A DNA stretch of 64,000 bases from a virus: IMG/VR virus record IMGVR_UViG_3300050343_000281, positions 10,401-74,400 of that record. One strand, 5' to 3'. Below the pieces are notes generated by a model, which did not search any database, was not told the DNA's origin, and saw only the letters and a program-made list of their open reading frames with translations. This document shows positions 48,866 to 59,548 of the stretch, one piece after another (the stretch's first letter is position 1; every line of letters begins with the position of its first letter). Made by a program: the position numbers and the translations under genes.

Positions 48866-50569
48866 GTGTCTAAAAAAACAATTAGAGACCGCAGATTAAC
48901 TGGAGAAAATAGCCTAACCAACGTACTAGCTGGACAAGGTGGAGCTGTGTCTGAAGATCCAACTCAGCCTGGAATTACTGGGACTCCAGAAGATGGTACT
49001 GGTACTTCAGTAAAAACTACTACAAGTACTCAAGCTGGACAGCAACAAGCTGGACAACAGAATCAACAAAAACCTAATATTGCTACAAAAACCCCTAAAC
49101 AACCAGCTAGATCTGGAATGTTCACAAACATAAAACAATTCTTAGAAAAAAATAAACCTGCTGTTCAACAAATGGGAGAACAAGCTGGTAGACAATTTGC
49201 TACTACTGCTGAAAAAGTAAAAGAACAAGCTAAAACAGCAGACATAGGGTACCAAAGAAGATTACAAGAATCACAAGAAGCCATTGGATCTCAATTAACT
49301 GGTGGACAACAAGCTATAGAAACTGCTTTACAAGCTGCACCAGGCCAGTCTACAACACCTGCAGAAGATATTACAACTCCTACAGAACAACCAGAACAAA
49401 GAACTTTGTCTGATTATGCAAAACAAGCTGAAGAATTAGCTGCAAGTACATCCTCTTTAAATTTACAAGATCAAATAAAAAAAGCAGAACAACTACAAAA
49501 ACAATCACAAGGTATTTTAACAGACGCTGGAAGAAGAGATTTACTTAAAGATGTGTTTGGTAGAGGAACTAGACAATATACTAGTGGATCGCAAGCATTA
49601 GATAATTTATTACTTGCTGCAGATCCAAGAGCTGGACAAAGACTAGAAGAGACTATACAAACTTCAGCTAGAGGTTTAGAAGACGTTTCTAGAAGGCAAC
49701 AAGCTGCTGCTGAATCTTTTCAAGCACTGAAACAAAGAGCTGGTGGAGTTGGTGATATATTAGAAAAGCAATCTGAACAAGCCTTGCAACAACAGTTCGA
49801 AGATGCATCAGACTCTCAAGGTGGGTATTTACAGCAAAGAAGTGGTATATTAGGAGATATTATAGCAGGTGCTAATAAACAATTTCAAGATATATATAAA
49901 AATTTACAATATAATTATATAGATAATGACAGGTACTTAACACAAAAGTCGGAAAATCCAGATACCATAAGTTATAATTTTAATGAAAATTTATATGATC
50001 AATATAACTTAGATAAATTGGGATACGATAGAGCAAAGTTTGATAAAATAATAAAAGACTATATGCCAAGAAGCTTATATAAATATAAATCTACAAAAGG
50101 TGAAGATTTGTATAATGATGATCCTGGACATAATAATGATATATGGGTTAGTGGCAAAGAAAGAAGAGAACAAAATAAAGCTGTAGATACTTTTAAAGCC
50201 CAAATAGAAAATTATTTAAACGAAGGAATGTCTCCTGAAATGCAAAAAGTAGACGGACTAGAAATAAATCCATATGCTTTATCAGCTATTAATAGCTACC
50301 TAACAGGACAAGGACAAGCTTCTTTATCTGATCTATTAGCAGGGTCTGATATAGATCCAGAAAAATTTTACGGATTCTCTGCAGAAAATGCAGCTAGAAT
50401 AAATGCTCTTAAGAGATTAAGAGGAGAAGCAGAAGTATTACCAAGTGAAAATTATTTTAGATTAGAAGATTTACAAAATTTATTAGGAAACAAAGGTGGG
50501 TATGAATTAGAAAATTTATACGATGATATACTTTATCCATACCTTAATCCAGATAGACCAAGAAGTTAA
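48866..50569 (+). CDS. Internal virion (ejection-type) protein
   Basis: Q/A-rich helical, SGMFTNIKQFL and YTSGSQALD.LL; position. Confidence 0.6.
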   Translation: MSKKTIRDRRLTGENSLTNVLAGQGGAVSEDPTQPGITGTPEDGTGTSVKTTTSTQAGQQQAGQQNQQKPNIATKTPKQPARSGMFTNIKQFLEKNKPAVQQMGEQAGRQFATTAEKVKEQAKTADIGYQRRLQESQEAIGSQLTGGQQAIETALQAAPGQSTTPAEDITTPTEQPEQRTLSDYAKQAEELAASTSSLNLQDQIKKAEQLQKQSQGILTDAGRRDLLKDVFGRGTRQYTSGSQALDNLLLAADPRAGQRLEETIQTSARGLEDVSRRQQAAAESFQALKQRAGGVGDILEKQSEQALQQQFEDASDSQGGYLQQRSGILGDIIAGANKQFQDIYKNLQYNYIDNDRYLTQKSENPDTISYNFNENLYDQYNLDKLGYDRAKFDKIIKDYMPRSLYKYKSTKGEDLYNDDPGHNNDIWVSGKERREQNKAVDTFKAQIENYLNEGMSPEMQKVDGLEINPYALSAINSYLTGQGQASLSDLLAGSDIDPEKFYGFSAENAARINALKRLRGEAEVLPSENYFRLEDLQNLLGNKGGYELENLYDDILYPYLNPDRPRS

Positions 50570-50570
50570 T

Positions 50571-50657
50571 ATGAAATTATATGCAGATTACTTAAAAGAA
50601 AGAGAAAATATAGAATGTAAATATAATGAATATATATTTGCTACTTATAAAATATAA
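50571..50657 (+). pseudogene. Possible truncated remnant of a GNAT-type acetyltransferase
   Basis: MKLYADYLKERENIECKYNEYIFATYKI then stop and AT-rich sequence. Confidence 0.35.
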
Positions 50658-50729
50658 TATAAAATAAATAAAATTTTATCCGTAATCATTAAGTAATTAT
50701 GTTATAAAAATTAAACAGGAGAATATAAA

Positions 50730-51677
50730 ATGCCTATAGCAGTAGGAACAGCGTTAGCACTATCAGCAGGAGCAAGTGCTTTAGGAAATTACCTTGGAGG
50801 AAAAGCCCAAGAAAGGGGCGCTAAAGCAGCAGCAGCCACCCAGGCTAGAGCACAGGCAAAAATCCAAAAAATGCTAGAAGACATCGGAATACCTTCTGTA
50901 GAAGCTCAACAAATATCTTTAGAAGCTCCAGAATTAGTAGGATTGCTAAATGCAGAACAACTAGAAGATACAGAACTTAAACAAATACAAGAAGATACAA
51001 GGCTTAGAGAAGCTCAAATGGATGCTTTACGTAATCTCCAAACTCTTGGAGAAGTTGGACTATCTCCAGAAGAAAGAGCACAAAGATCTGAAATGTTAAG
51101 ACAGGGTGCTGCTCAAGAACAGGCTAGACAAAAACAAATACTACAAGGAATGGCTCAAAGAGGTACTTTAGATTCTGGAGCATCATTACTAGCTCAACTA
51201 CAATCAAGTTCTGCAGCAGGAGCTGATACGAGAAGACAATCTGAACAAATGGCAGCAGATATAGCAGCTAGAAGACGACAAGCTTTAGCACAAGCTGGAT
51301 CTATGGCTAGTACAATGAGTGCGGAAGATTTTAGAAGAGGAGCTACTACAGCATCTGCACAAGATCAAATAGCGAGGTTTAATGCAATGCAAAGAGCTGG
51401 AACAGCTCAACAAAATTTAGCAGCAAAACAAAATATTGCTAACCAAAAAGCAGATTTAGCTAATCAACAACAAATATATAATAAACAACTACTACAACAG
51501 CGTTATCAAAATGAAATGGATAAAGCTAGAACTTTAGCTGGAGTAGAATCTCAAGGTGCTACACAACAAGCTAATTATAAACTACAACAAGGTTCTGCAC
51601 AAGCTGGAGTGTATTCTGGATTAGGAAATGCAGCTATGACATCAGGATTAGCTTACGCAGATTACAAGAAACCATAA
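50730..51677 (+). CDS. DNA pilot/ejection protein
   Basis: Gly/Ala hydrophobic N-terminus, Q/A-rich helices, MAQRG. Confidence 0.7.
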   Translation: MPIAVGTALALSAGASALGNYLGGKAQERGAKAAAATQARAQAKIQKMLEDIGIPSVEAQQISLEAPELVGLLNAEQLEDTELKQIQEDTRLREAQMDALRNLQTLGEVGLSPEERAQRSEMLRQGAAQEQARQKQILQGMAQRGTLDSGASLLAQLQSSSAAGADTRRQSEQMAADIAARRRQALAQAGSMASTMSAEDFRRGATTASAQDQIARFNAMQRAGTAQQNLAAKQNIANQKADLANQQQIYNKQLLQQRYQNEMDKARTLAGVESQGATQQANYKLQQGSAQAGVYSGLGNAAMTSGLAYADYKKP

Positions 51678-51688
51678 AAAGGAGATAC

Positions 51689-53032
51689 ATGAAAAATCCA
51701 TTTTTAGATCTAATAAACAAAGAAAGAGATGAATACATAACTGCTATTCCAGAAGTAGAAGATGGTATTTTACAAGAAGAGTATCCAACTTTAGATAATT
51801 TACCAGATATAGGATCTAAAGATCCCATAGAAGAGATTAGAAAAGAAGCTGTAGCAAGTTCTGTTCCAAAATTAAGTGAGCAAAAAGGTTTATTAGCTTC
51901 TAATGACGCAGCTAAAACAATAGAAGATGCTGCAGCAAGTCTAGACTTGTCTAAAACAGATGAAGATGTAGAAAGTGACGAGCCTACTAGTGATATGCAA
52001 AAATATAAAAACTTAATAGAAGAGTACAGAGCTAATAGAGAAGGTAGAGCAAAAAAAATAGAAGCTGCTGCAGAACAAGATAGAAAGACAAGGTTACTAA
52101 ACAATCTAAGTAAAGCAATGGCTCAACTAAATACAGGATTAGCATCAGGATATGCTAATATTAAAGTAGATCCTATAGATCTAGGTCCAGCAGATGCAGA
52201 AGCTAAAGTAAGAGCTGCACAGCAAGGGAAATTAGGAGAGTTGTTAACTGAGTATAAGCTACAAAAAACTATGGGACCTGAAACCGAAAGTGCTGCAGAA
52301 AAACTTAAAAGAGAAAAAATGGAAGCTGATAGAGATTATAAAAAAGAACAAATAAGTAAAATAAGAGGCGAAGGAATATATGCTAAGAAAGAAGAAAAAG
52401 AAGACAAAAAGCCTACCATTTTTGAAAAAAAATTAGAAGAAAAAGCAGCAGAAGATTATATAAAAGTTCAACAAGTAGCAGAAGATTCTGTAAAACAAAA
52501 TGCACAATTAGAAGATGCTTTACAGTCTCAATTAAAATTTTCAAAAGACACTGTTTTTGGTACAGGTTTATTGTACTCGGATCTTCCTTTTACTGATAAA
52601 AGCCCTTTTAGGGGATTAAACAGAGAAGCAGAACAATTAGATGCAAAATACAAACAATTAGGCCTAGATAAAATGGTAAAAATGTTTAGCGGTATGTCAA
52701 AAGCAGTAGATTCTGATGCAGAAAGATTAGCTTTTGAAAAAACCACACCTAGTATAAAAAATGATGATGCTACAAATACTCAAATTATTTTAGGAGCTAA
52801 AGCTATTAACTTTAGAAATAAAGTAGAAGCTAAAGCTCAACAAAAATATTTAAAAGAGCACGGAGACTTAAAAGAATATACAAGTCCTATGATGGACACT
52901 CCTACTTCAGTAGTTGTAGATAAAACCGGTAATTTTAAGTTAATACCAACTAAACAATTAGACTTAGCTCAAAAAAATGGCTTTATGACTATTGATAATT
53001 ATGCCAACTCTTTAATATATTCTGATAAATAA
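51689..53032 (+). CDS. Internal virion (ejection-type) protein
   Basis: Charged helical protein within ejection cluster. Confidence 0.6.
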   Translation: MKNPFLDLINKERDEYITAIPEVEDGILQEEYPTLDNLPDIGSKDPIEEIRKEAVASSVPKLSEQKGLLASNDAAKTIEDAAASLDLSKTDEDVESDEPTSDMQKYKNLIEEYRANREGRAKKIEAAAEQDRKTRLLNNLSKAMAQLNTGLASGYANIKVDPIDLGPADAEAKVRAAQQGKLGELLTEYKLQKTMGPETESAAEKLKREKMEADRDYKKEQISKIRGEGIYAKKEEKEDKKPTIFEKKLEEKAAEDYIKVQQVAEDSVKQNAQLEDALQSQLKFSKDTVFGTGLLYSDLPFTDKSPFRGLNREAEQLDAKYKQLGLDKMVKMFSGMSKAVDSDAERLAFEKTTPSIKNDDATNTQIILGAKAINFRNKVEAKAQQKYLKEHGDLKEYTSPMMDTPTSVVVDKTGNFKLIPTKQLDLAQKNGFMTIDNYANSLIYSDK

Positions 53033-53043
53033 AGGAAATGTAA

Positions 53044-55947
53044 ATGAAAAATGATCAAGAAAAGTTAACATTCTTAGATGAAGATATATTAAATGAAACA
53101 AAAAGAGAGCCTTTAGAAGAAGATACTTTAACTTTTTTAGATGAAGGTGTTGAAAGTTTTTCACAAGATGTAATAGATAAAGATAAAATGAACATAGTAG
53201 AAGCATTGTCTAGAGCGGGAGTTAGTGGAGCTGCTCTTGGTCTTGCTCCCTTTGTTGGAGGAGCAGGAGAAGCTGGAAAAGTATTAGAAGATTTTGCAAG
53301 TCCCTCTGGTGAACCAGCTACTTATAAAGGTATGCCTATGGGTAAACCTAAATCTAAAGAAGAAATAAGAAAATTTAAAGATTATTCTGATCTTTTGTCT
53401 CAACTAAAAGAAGCTTATTATAAAGGAAGAGATGAAACAATAGAAAAAGAAAAAGAAGCAATAGAAGACTATCCAGTATTAGGTACTGGAGCTTTAATAG
53501 CAGGGTCAATACCTACTACAATATCTACTGGTGGATTAGCTGGTGGAGGAAGAGCTGCTCAATTAGCTAGTAAAGTACTACCAAAAGCTGAAAGTTTAAC
53601 TGGTTTAAGTACTGCAGCAAAAGCTGGAAAAATGGCTAAAGAAGGACTTAAAGCAGGAGCACTAACTGGATTTGGAAGCGGAGAATCTAAGATACTAGAA
53701 GGAGATGTTTTAGGAACAGCAGAAGAAACCTTTGAATCTGGTATAGGAGGAGGATTATTAGGATCATTATTTCCAGTAGCAGGTAAGGCTATTTCAGGTA
53801 CTGCAGGATTAACTAAAGCTGGTATTAAATCTTTACCAGGAGCAAAAGCTATTACAACAGGTTTTCAAGCTGGTGAAAAAGGAATAAATATAACTGACGA
53901 AGCTCAAATAGCAAAATTTATAGATACTTCTACAAAAGATATTAAATCTAAAATATCTACTTTATTTGGAGAAGAAAAAGCTTCTGAGTTAGCTAAAAAA
54001 CTAGATGACCAAGGATTAAGAGTTTCTATAAAAAATATAGTAGATGATACAAAAGCTCAATTAGAAAAAGGTGGATTAAGTAAATCAGAAGTTTCACAAA
54101 GGCAAGAATTTTTAGATGACTTATTAGCTGTAGATAGTCAATTTGATAAAATAAAATACGATGCTTTTAGAAAAGTAGAAAAACAACAAGCTGCTAAAAT
54201 AAACAAATTATCTAGACAGGGCACAGAAGTAAAAACTAGGACAGAATTTGATACTCCTTATGAAGAATTATCACCACTTCCAGATACAAAAGGTAGAGTA
54301 ATAGGAGTAGAAGATAGAGTAAAACTTCCTAGTGGTAAGGAAAAAGAAATAATATCGCAAGTTTCTTCTCAAGAAGGACAAGTACCTCTTAGAAAACTAG
54401 ACTATAGTAATTTAAAAATATCCGAAGCAGAAGACTTAAGAAGAGGGGTATATAAATTTACAGATCCTTCTAATTATGAAAAGCCAGTAGGAGATATAGC
54501 AAAAGGTATGAGATCTAAAATATCAAAAGCTATTGATGAAGCTGTTAATTCTAGTGAATTTTCTGAAAAAAGAGCTAATATGAGTAATATTTTTAACGCT
54601 CTAGATTCTTTAGGTATTAAAAAAGAAAAATTTATGTCTAGAAATCCAGTAGACCAAAATGAAGTTACTGAAAAATTAATACAAGCTGCTACTGCAGATA
54701 TAAGCTCTCCTAAAGGTAGAGCTTTTACAAGAGCTGCAGAATTTCTTAATATTGTAGATGGAGATATATCCCAACAAATTAGAAATAAATCAGATTTTTT
54801 AAATAGACTTTCTCAATTATCTAGACAATCAGATGCAGAAGGAAGTACTAGTAAAATTACTGCATTATTTGGAGCTGCTCAAAAAGGGGCAGCAAAAGCA
54901 GGTAATATAGCTGGATTTGCATCTAAAGGTATATCTGATGAAGCTTCTACAGCTAAAAAAGCATTAATAAGTGTTTTAAAAGAAGCTACTCCAGAAAGTC
55001 TTGAAGCATTAGGAGTAAGATTATATAATAATTATCAACAATCTGCAGCACCTTTTGTAAACCAATTACAGAAAGTCATGTCTTTACCAGAAACTAGAAG
55101 AACTGCAGTATTATATGGAATATACCAACAACCTGCTTTTAGAAAAATGCTAAGAAATGTTGGACAAGAAATTGTAGGTGGGGAATTACAAGCTGCAGAA
55201 TTACCAATGCAAGGAGAGCAAAATGAAGATAACAATGATGTTACTATGTCTGATAATGTTTCAGAAGTTGACTCTAAAAAAAAAGTAGAGAATAGTAGAG
55301 AGCCTCAAAATATCGTAAAATCCTCTGAAATATTAGAAAGAGAAGGAGACGGAGATGCTACTGGTGCTGCAAAAACTGGAAAATATGGCATAACACAGCC
55401 TGCTATTGATCAACTAAAAAAACAAGGAGTATCAATACCAGAAGAGATGGATACGTTAGAAGAAATAAATAATCTTCCTAAAAAAGAAAGAAGCGATCAG
55501 TATGAAAAATTAGCTAGTTTGTATTTAGATTATATAAATAAAAAGATACCAGACTCCATGAAAGATACCTCTAATGAATTTAAAGAAAATATAATAGACG
55601 CTGCTTTTAACCTTGGTACAGGAGTTTTTAATTATAAAAAACTTAATGAATTAGTAAAAGAAGCTAATAAGTTAGAAGGTAGTGAAAAGAATATTAAATT
55701 AGCAGAAGCATTGCAAAAAGGATTATTTGACACAGCTAATTCTGAAGGAAAGACTCTTAGGGGATTAGCCAAAAGACGAGCCGAAATGTATAATAAATTT
55801 GCTACCTCTGTCGGGCTACCTAATATATCTTCAGTAGAACAAAAAGAAAACGGAGAGTTAGTTTATTATGGAGAAGATGGTAGTGAGGTTTTTAAATACA
55901 AAAGACCAAAGCATGAAAAATCAGATATAGGTAAACTGGATGTATAA
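53044..55947 (+). CDS. Large ejection protein with C-terminal lysozyme-like domain
   Basis: Gly/Ala-rich membrane-like segments; ILEREG...TGKYGIT...DAAFNLG.G...LRGLAKRRAE. Confidence 0.7.
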   Translation: MKNDQEKLTFLDEDILNETKREPLEEDTLTFLDEGVESFSQDVIDKDKMNIVEALSRAGVSGAALGLAPFVGGAGEAGKVLEDFASPSGEPATYKGMPMGKPKSKEEIRKFKDYSDLLSQLKEAYYKGRDETIEKEKEAIEDYPVLGTGALIAGSIPTTISTGGLAGGGRAAQLASKVLPKAESLTGLSTAAKAGKMAKEGLKAGALTGFGSGESKILEGDVLGTAEETFESGIGGGLLGSLFPVAGKAISGTAGLTKAGIKSLPGAKAITTGFQAGEKGINITDEAQIAKFIDTSTKDIKSKISTLFGEEKASELAKKLDDQGLRVSIKNIVDDTKAQLEKGGLSKSEVSQRQEFLDDLLAVDSQFDKIKYDAFRKVEKQQAAKINKLSRQGTEVKTRTEFDTPYEELSPLPDTKGRVIGVEDRVKLPSGKEKEIISQVSSQEGQVPLRKLDYSNLKISEAEDLRRGVYKFTDPSNYEKPVGDIAKGMRSKISKAIDEAVNSSEFSEKRANMSNIFNALDSLGIKKEKFMSRNPVDQNEVTEKLIQAATADISSPKGRAFTRAAEFLNIVDGDISQQIRNKSDFLNRLSQLSRQSDAEGSTSKITALFGAAQKGAAKAGNIAGFASKGISDEASTAKKALISVLKEATPESLEALGVRLYNNYQQSAAPFVNQLQKVMSLPETRRTAVLYGIYQQPAFRKMLRNVGQEIVGGELQAAELPMQGEQNEDNNDVTMSDNVSEVDSKKKVENSREPQNIVKSSEILEREGDGDATGAAKTGKYGITQPAIDQLKKQGVSIPEEMDTLEEINNLPKKERSDQYEKLASLYLDYINKKIPDSMKDTSNEFKENIIDAAFNLGTGVFNYKKLNELVKEANKLEGSEKNIKLAEALQKGLFDTANSEGKTLRGLAKRRAEMYNKFATSVGLPNISSVEQKENGELVYYGEDGSEVFKYKRPKHEKSDIGKLDV

Positions 55948-55961
55948 ACAAGGAATAAAAA

Positions 55962-56291
55962 ATGAGCACCCAAGAAACTAGATTCCAAAGAATGGAAGAT
56001 AAAATTGACAGCGTAAAACAAGATGTTACGGAAGTTAAAGCAGAAGTTCAAGAAATGAAACTTGATATAAAGCATCATATGGAAAAAGTGGAAGAACATG
56101 TAGCTGGCGATAAAAAGCTAATTAATGAAATTCAACCTTTATTAGCAAGACTTCCTCAAATTGTTGAAATGGCTGAAGAGTATCGTGTTAGTAAAAAGAT
56201 AAAAGACAGGACTGTAAAATTACTTGGCTTTGTGGGAATGATTGTAGGTATTTTAGCTGGATTAGATAAACTAGGTATTCTTACTCTATAG
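55962..56291 (+). CDS. Coiled-coil protein with C-terminal TM, holin-like
   Basis: Heptad repeats then LLGFVGMIVGILAGL. Confidence 0.5.
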   Translation: MSTQETRFQRMEDKIDSVKQDVTEVKAEVQEMKLDIKHHMEKVEEHVAGDKKLINEIQPLLARLPQIVEMAEEYRVSKKIKDRTVKLLGFVGMIVGILAGLDKLGILTL

Positions 56292-56829
56292 ATTTTATTT
56301 TTTCAAATATAAGTTCTATATCGTAGCTCATAAATTCATTGAACTCAAAAAGGTCTGGATATATTTTATTTATTCTATTGTACATTTTCTTTTTGTGATC
56401 GTAGTCATCTAATCTGATACTTTGTTCATTTTCGTATATAAAATCATCATGTATAGTATCTTGATCAAAATCCTTCCAAGACCTGAACTCAACTTTATTT
56501 ATAGCCTTTCCTTTGTTAAGTAAGCATCTATTTCTAGAATTATTTCTATCATAACAATCTTTTACAAGCTCTTCATTGTCATGTAGTTGTTCTTCGTAGG
56601 ATCTGTGATTTACAGAAGCATTATAGTATTCTCCGTAAAAGTTATTTAACCAGTCTTTTTCTTCTTCCGTTAAAGCTCTTATTCCTTTACCCTCTCCAGT
56701 AACTGAAGTAACACCGTTTATAAAAAAAGTATCCATATAATCTTGCCTAAGCTTGAGATTTTTTCTTTTGTTAAGATTATCCCATCTACCTCTTTTTCTA
56801 CTTTTTACCACTTGCTTGTTTCCTATCAA
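56281..56829 (-). CDS. Hypothetical protein
   Basis: LTEEEKDWLNNFYGEYYNA...YDRNNSRNRC. Confidence 0.7.
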   Translation of the reverse strand: MIGNKQVVKSRKRGRWDNLNKRKNLKLRQDYMDTFFINGVTSVTGEGKGIRALTEEEKDWLNNFYGEYYNASVNHRSYEEQLHDNEELVKDCYDRNNSRNRCLLNKGKAINKVEFRSWKDFDQDTIHDDFIYENEQSIRLDDYDHKKKMYNRINKIYPDLFEFNEFMSYDIELIFEKIKSIE

Positions 56830-57169
56830 AATTTTCAGCTTCTATTAACACTTCTCTAGATAAATCAAAACTATCTTTATTTAATAAATAATACCTTTGT
56901 TTATTGTTTCTATGTTGAGTAAATTTTTTATTAAATGATCTAAAAAATACTATTTTATTGCACTTTCTATCTTTGTTTTTATCTACCCACTTTCTTCTGT
57001 AATGGTAATAAATAACATGGGTCGGAACTTTGTCCAACCCTGTTTTTATGTCTAAATCGTTTACAAACCTATCAACACTGTTTAAATCTTTATTTTTAAC
57101 TTCTCTGCTTTTTTTTAACTCAGCTTCATTAACAATTGATAATAGATCTTCTAAACTTAAATCTGACAA
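56798..57169 (-). CDS. Hypothetical, possibly winged-helix protein
   Basis: 123-aa ORF. Confidence 0.6.
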   Translation of the reverse strand: MSDLSLEDLLSIVNEAELKKSREVKNKDLNSVDRFVNDLDIKTGLDKVPTHVIYYHYRRKWVDKNKDRKCNKIVFFRSFNKKFTQHRNNKQRYYLLNKDSFDLSREVLIEAENFDRKQASGKK

Positions 57170-57931
57170 CTACATCTCCATTTTAATATGGTTAGAGATA
57201 TTATTATAATATTCTAATACATAATCTACTTCTTGCGAGTTAGCTGATCTAACCGATAGAGGGCTAGTAATTAATGGACATTTAGCAAACTCTACATCTA
57301 ATATTCCAAAAAATGATCTAAATTTTTGAATATAAGAACCTGAGAAGTTTTTATCACATCTTACCGATACTATTTCATCTGCATGATTATCCTTAACAGC
57401 CTGAGAACCAGTTAACCATAATTCGTCTGCAATTAAACTTTCATATTTTTCTAAAGAAATTCCAATTCTATCAGAGGCAATAGTATTTAATTCTCTTATA
57501 TTATCTTGTAAAAGTTTTAATAATTGATTTAACTCTCCTCCAATTTCACCACTCAGACCTCTAATACTGGCTCTGTGGCTCATTAAGATACCAGAAGGCA
57601 GTATGTATCTTTTACCTAGATTCTGAACCGTCTGATAGCCCATAGAGGCTGCAAAAATAGTAATTGTATGAAAGTTACAAGGTAATGCGTTTAGTGTGTC
57701 AAAGAATAATTGACCTGCTGACACTGATCCACCTGGAGTATATAAAACTACGTAAATATCACTCCCCTCACTAGCGTAACACTTAGAAGATGCTTCTAAT
57801 TGTTTTTGTGCAACAAATCCGCCAGTAAATTGATTGTTAAAGCTAATGCTGTTTTTTTCTGTCAATACAATACTTTTTGAAAAGCCTAATGTAGAAACTA
57901 GCATTAAACCTAAACATAAAAATAATTTCAT
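57170..57931 (-). CDS. ClpP-like serine protease with N-terminal signal peptide
   Basis: TPGGSV, AASMG (Ser), MSHRA (His), DELWLT; MKLFLCLGLMLVSTLGFS signal. Confidence 0.8.
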   Translation of the reverse strand: MKLFLCLGLMLVSTLGFSKSIVLTEKNSISFNNQFTGGFVAQKQLEASSKCYASEGSDIYVVLYTPGGSVSAGQLFFDTLNALPCNFHTITIFAASMGYQTVQNLGKRYILPSGILMSHRASIRGLSGEIGGELNQLLKLLQDNIRELNTIASDRIGISLEKYESLIADELWLTGSQAVKDNHADEIVSVRCDKNFSGSYIQKFRSFFGILDVEFAKCPLITSPLSVRSANSQEVDYVLEYYNNISNHIKMEM

Positions 57932-58072
57932 ATAATCTCCTGTGTTATACCTTTGTACATTGTATAATAAGTTGTTAAGTAAATCAAAATAAAAATTGAT
58001 TTAAATTAAATAATATAAGTCCCCAATTTGAAACTAAAATACCACCTAATAAAAAGCCTATAATAAAGTCTT

Positions 58073-58768
58073 TCATTCTATTACCTTTGTAAATATGTGA
58101 TCATTTCCAAAATACTCTCTAATCCACTTTTTGTGCCTTTTCATTACTAACTTACCTAAAATTGAACTTTGAATACCCAAATCCATTACTTTCAACCATA
58201 ACATCATTTTAGCCGACTCCCCTCCTGCAAATATAGTAAATATTGAGTTTACGTAAAATAAAACAGTAAGTGCTATTCCTGGGTTTTTATTTTCCATTTT
58301 TTTTACATAATATATATCTTCTGGAGGTAGTTTAAAAGCTAACGAATAAGCTTCTGCTAGTCTGTTCTGCCAAATATAATTTCTGTGTTCTTTTCTTATT
58401 TTAAATAATATCTTAGCTGCTTTAATAAAGCTACTAAAAGTAAGCCTACGATTAAATTCTGTTGGTAAATTACAAAAATTATAACTAGATTTTTCCAGTT
58501 CTTTATTTTTTAAAAAACCTAAAGAAACACATCCTAGTACTTCATCTTTACTAAATGGAGGAGTTAGTTGTCCTGGACTTCTATCAATCATTACTGGATT
58601 AGCACTTTTTATACAACTACCATAACATTCTTTTAATAAATCCCTATCCAACATATCCGGCACTAAATGCTTTGCATAAGCTGAATATATCCAACCATTA
58701 TTAGAACTATAGTCTATTCCGTTTGTAGGCTTATTATGAAACCTTGTCCATTTATCTTGGTATTGCAT
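58073..58768 (-). CDS. Hypothetical protein
   Basis: 231-aa ORF with GGAGG RBS. Confidence 0.7.
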   Translation of the reverse strand: MQYQDKWTRFHNKPTNGIDYSSNNGWIYSAYAKHLVPDMLDRDLLKECYGSCIKSANPVMIDRSPGQLTPPFSKDEVLGCVSLGFLKNKELEKSSYNFCNLPTEFNRRLTFSSFIKAAKILFKIRKEHRNYIWQNRLAEAYSLAFKLPPEDIYYVKKMENKNPGIALTVLFYVNSIFTIFAGGESAKMMLWLKVMDLGIQSSILGKLVMKRHKKWIREYFGNDHIFTKVIE

Positions 58769-58769
58769 A

Positions 58770-59189
58770 TTATTCCTCCTGGGACTTTCTTTTTAAACTC
58801 CCTTCTATCTTTCTTTCGTTCATCTCTTCTTTGGATACTTTTTTATGACAAGATTTACACATTACAGTTAAATCATCTGGTCCACAAAATAATCTATCTA
58901 AATACTCGTCCCAAGTTACGAACCCTCTTTTTGGCTCTACAACAGGTACGTTATGGTCTAACTCAGGTACTTCCCATATAATAGTATCGTATTTTTCTTT
59001 TAGATTGTCAAATGATTTTTGACTCTTTCCATCATACATTAACTGTCCACAAGATTCACATTTAAATACGGCTTTATCCACCTTAGCTCTATTCTTAGCT
59101 TGGGAATATTCTTTTCTTTGGTAACTAAGTCTTCTAAGATGTTTTTTTATCTTAGCCACTGGAATATAAGACTTTTTCTTTTTTGTCAT
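58770..59189 (-). CDS. HNH endonuclease
   Basis: CESC...ELDH..PV...LTVMCKSCH. Confidence 0.85.
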   Translation of the reverse strand: MTKKKKSYIPVAKIKKHLRRLSYQRKEYSQAKNRAKVDKAVFKCESCGQLMYDGKSQKSFDNLKEKYDTIIWEVPELDHNVPVVEPKRGFVTWDEYLDRLFCGPDDLTVMCKSCHKKVSKEEMNERKIEGSLKRKSQEE

Positions 59190-59545
59190 TTTGATCTTGT
59201 GGTTCTGTAACTACAGGAGTTACAAACTACAACCTCTTTGTCGTCTTTCATCGGTATTACTTTAGTGTCCGAAAAACAAATCGGACATCTAACTTCTACT
59301 TTTTCTTCTTCTATTTCTTTTACTTCTTTCAAGCTTTTATCCGATTTTGCTGCTTCTATAAGTTCTTCTAAACTTATTTCATCTAAGCTATCTCTTAAGA
59401 ACCTGCTAGTTTTTCTAAAAGCTTGTTCATAAGCGTTTAAGTCACTTTTTAACCTATGATTTTCTTTTTCTAGTTTATATATTCTTTTTTTAAGCTTATT
59501 AAGTTCAGAGTCTTTATAGCCTTTTTTAGGCTCTTTTTTTCTCAC
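59186..59545 (-). CDS. Coiled-coil plus Zn-ribbon protein
   Basis: CPIC...CNSC. Confidence 0.7.
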   Translation of the reverse strand: MRKKEPKKGYKDSELNKLKKRIYKLEKENHRLKSDLNAYEQAFRKTSRFLRDSLDEISLEELIEAAKSDKSLKEVKEIEEEKVEVRCPICFSDTKVIPMKDDKEVVVCNSCSYRTTRSK

Positions 59546-59548
59546 TAA

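Noticed and set aside
50680-50710. dif-like site (TTATGTTATAA)
   Set aside because: Only a partial XerD arm, no convincing XerC arm, AT-rich background
23288-56099. Many short minus-strand ORFs within structural genes
   Set aside because: Antisense shadows rich in Ser/Phe/Leu, fully overlapping long + strand genes
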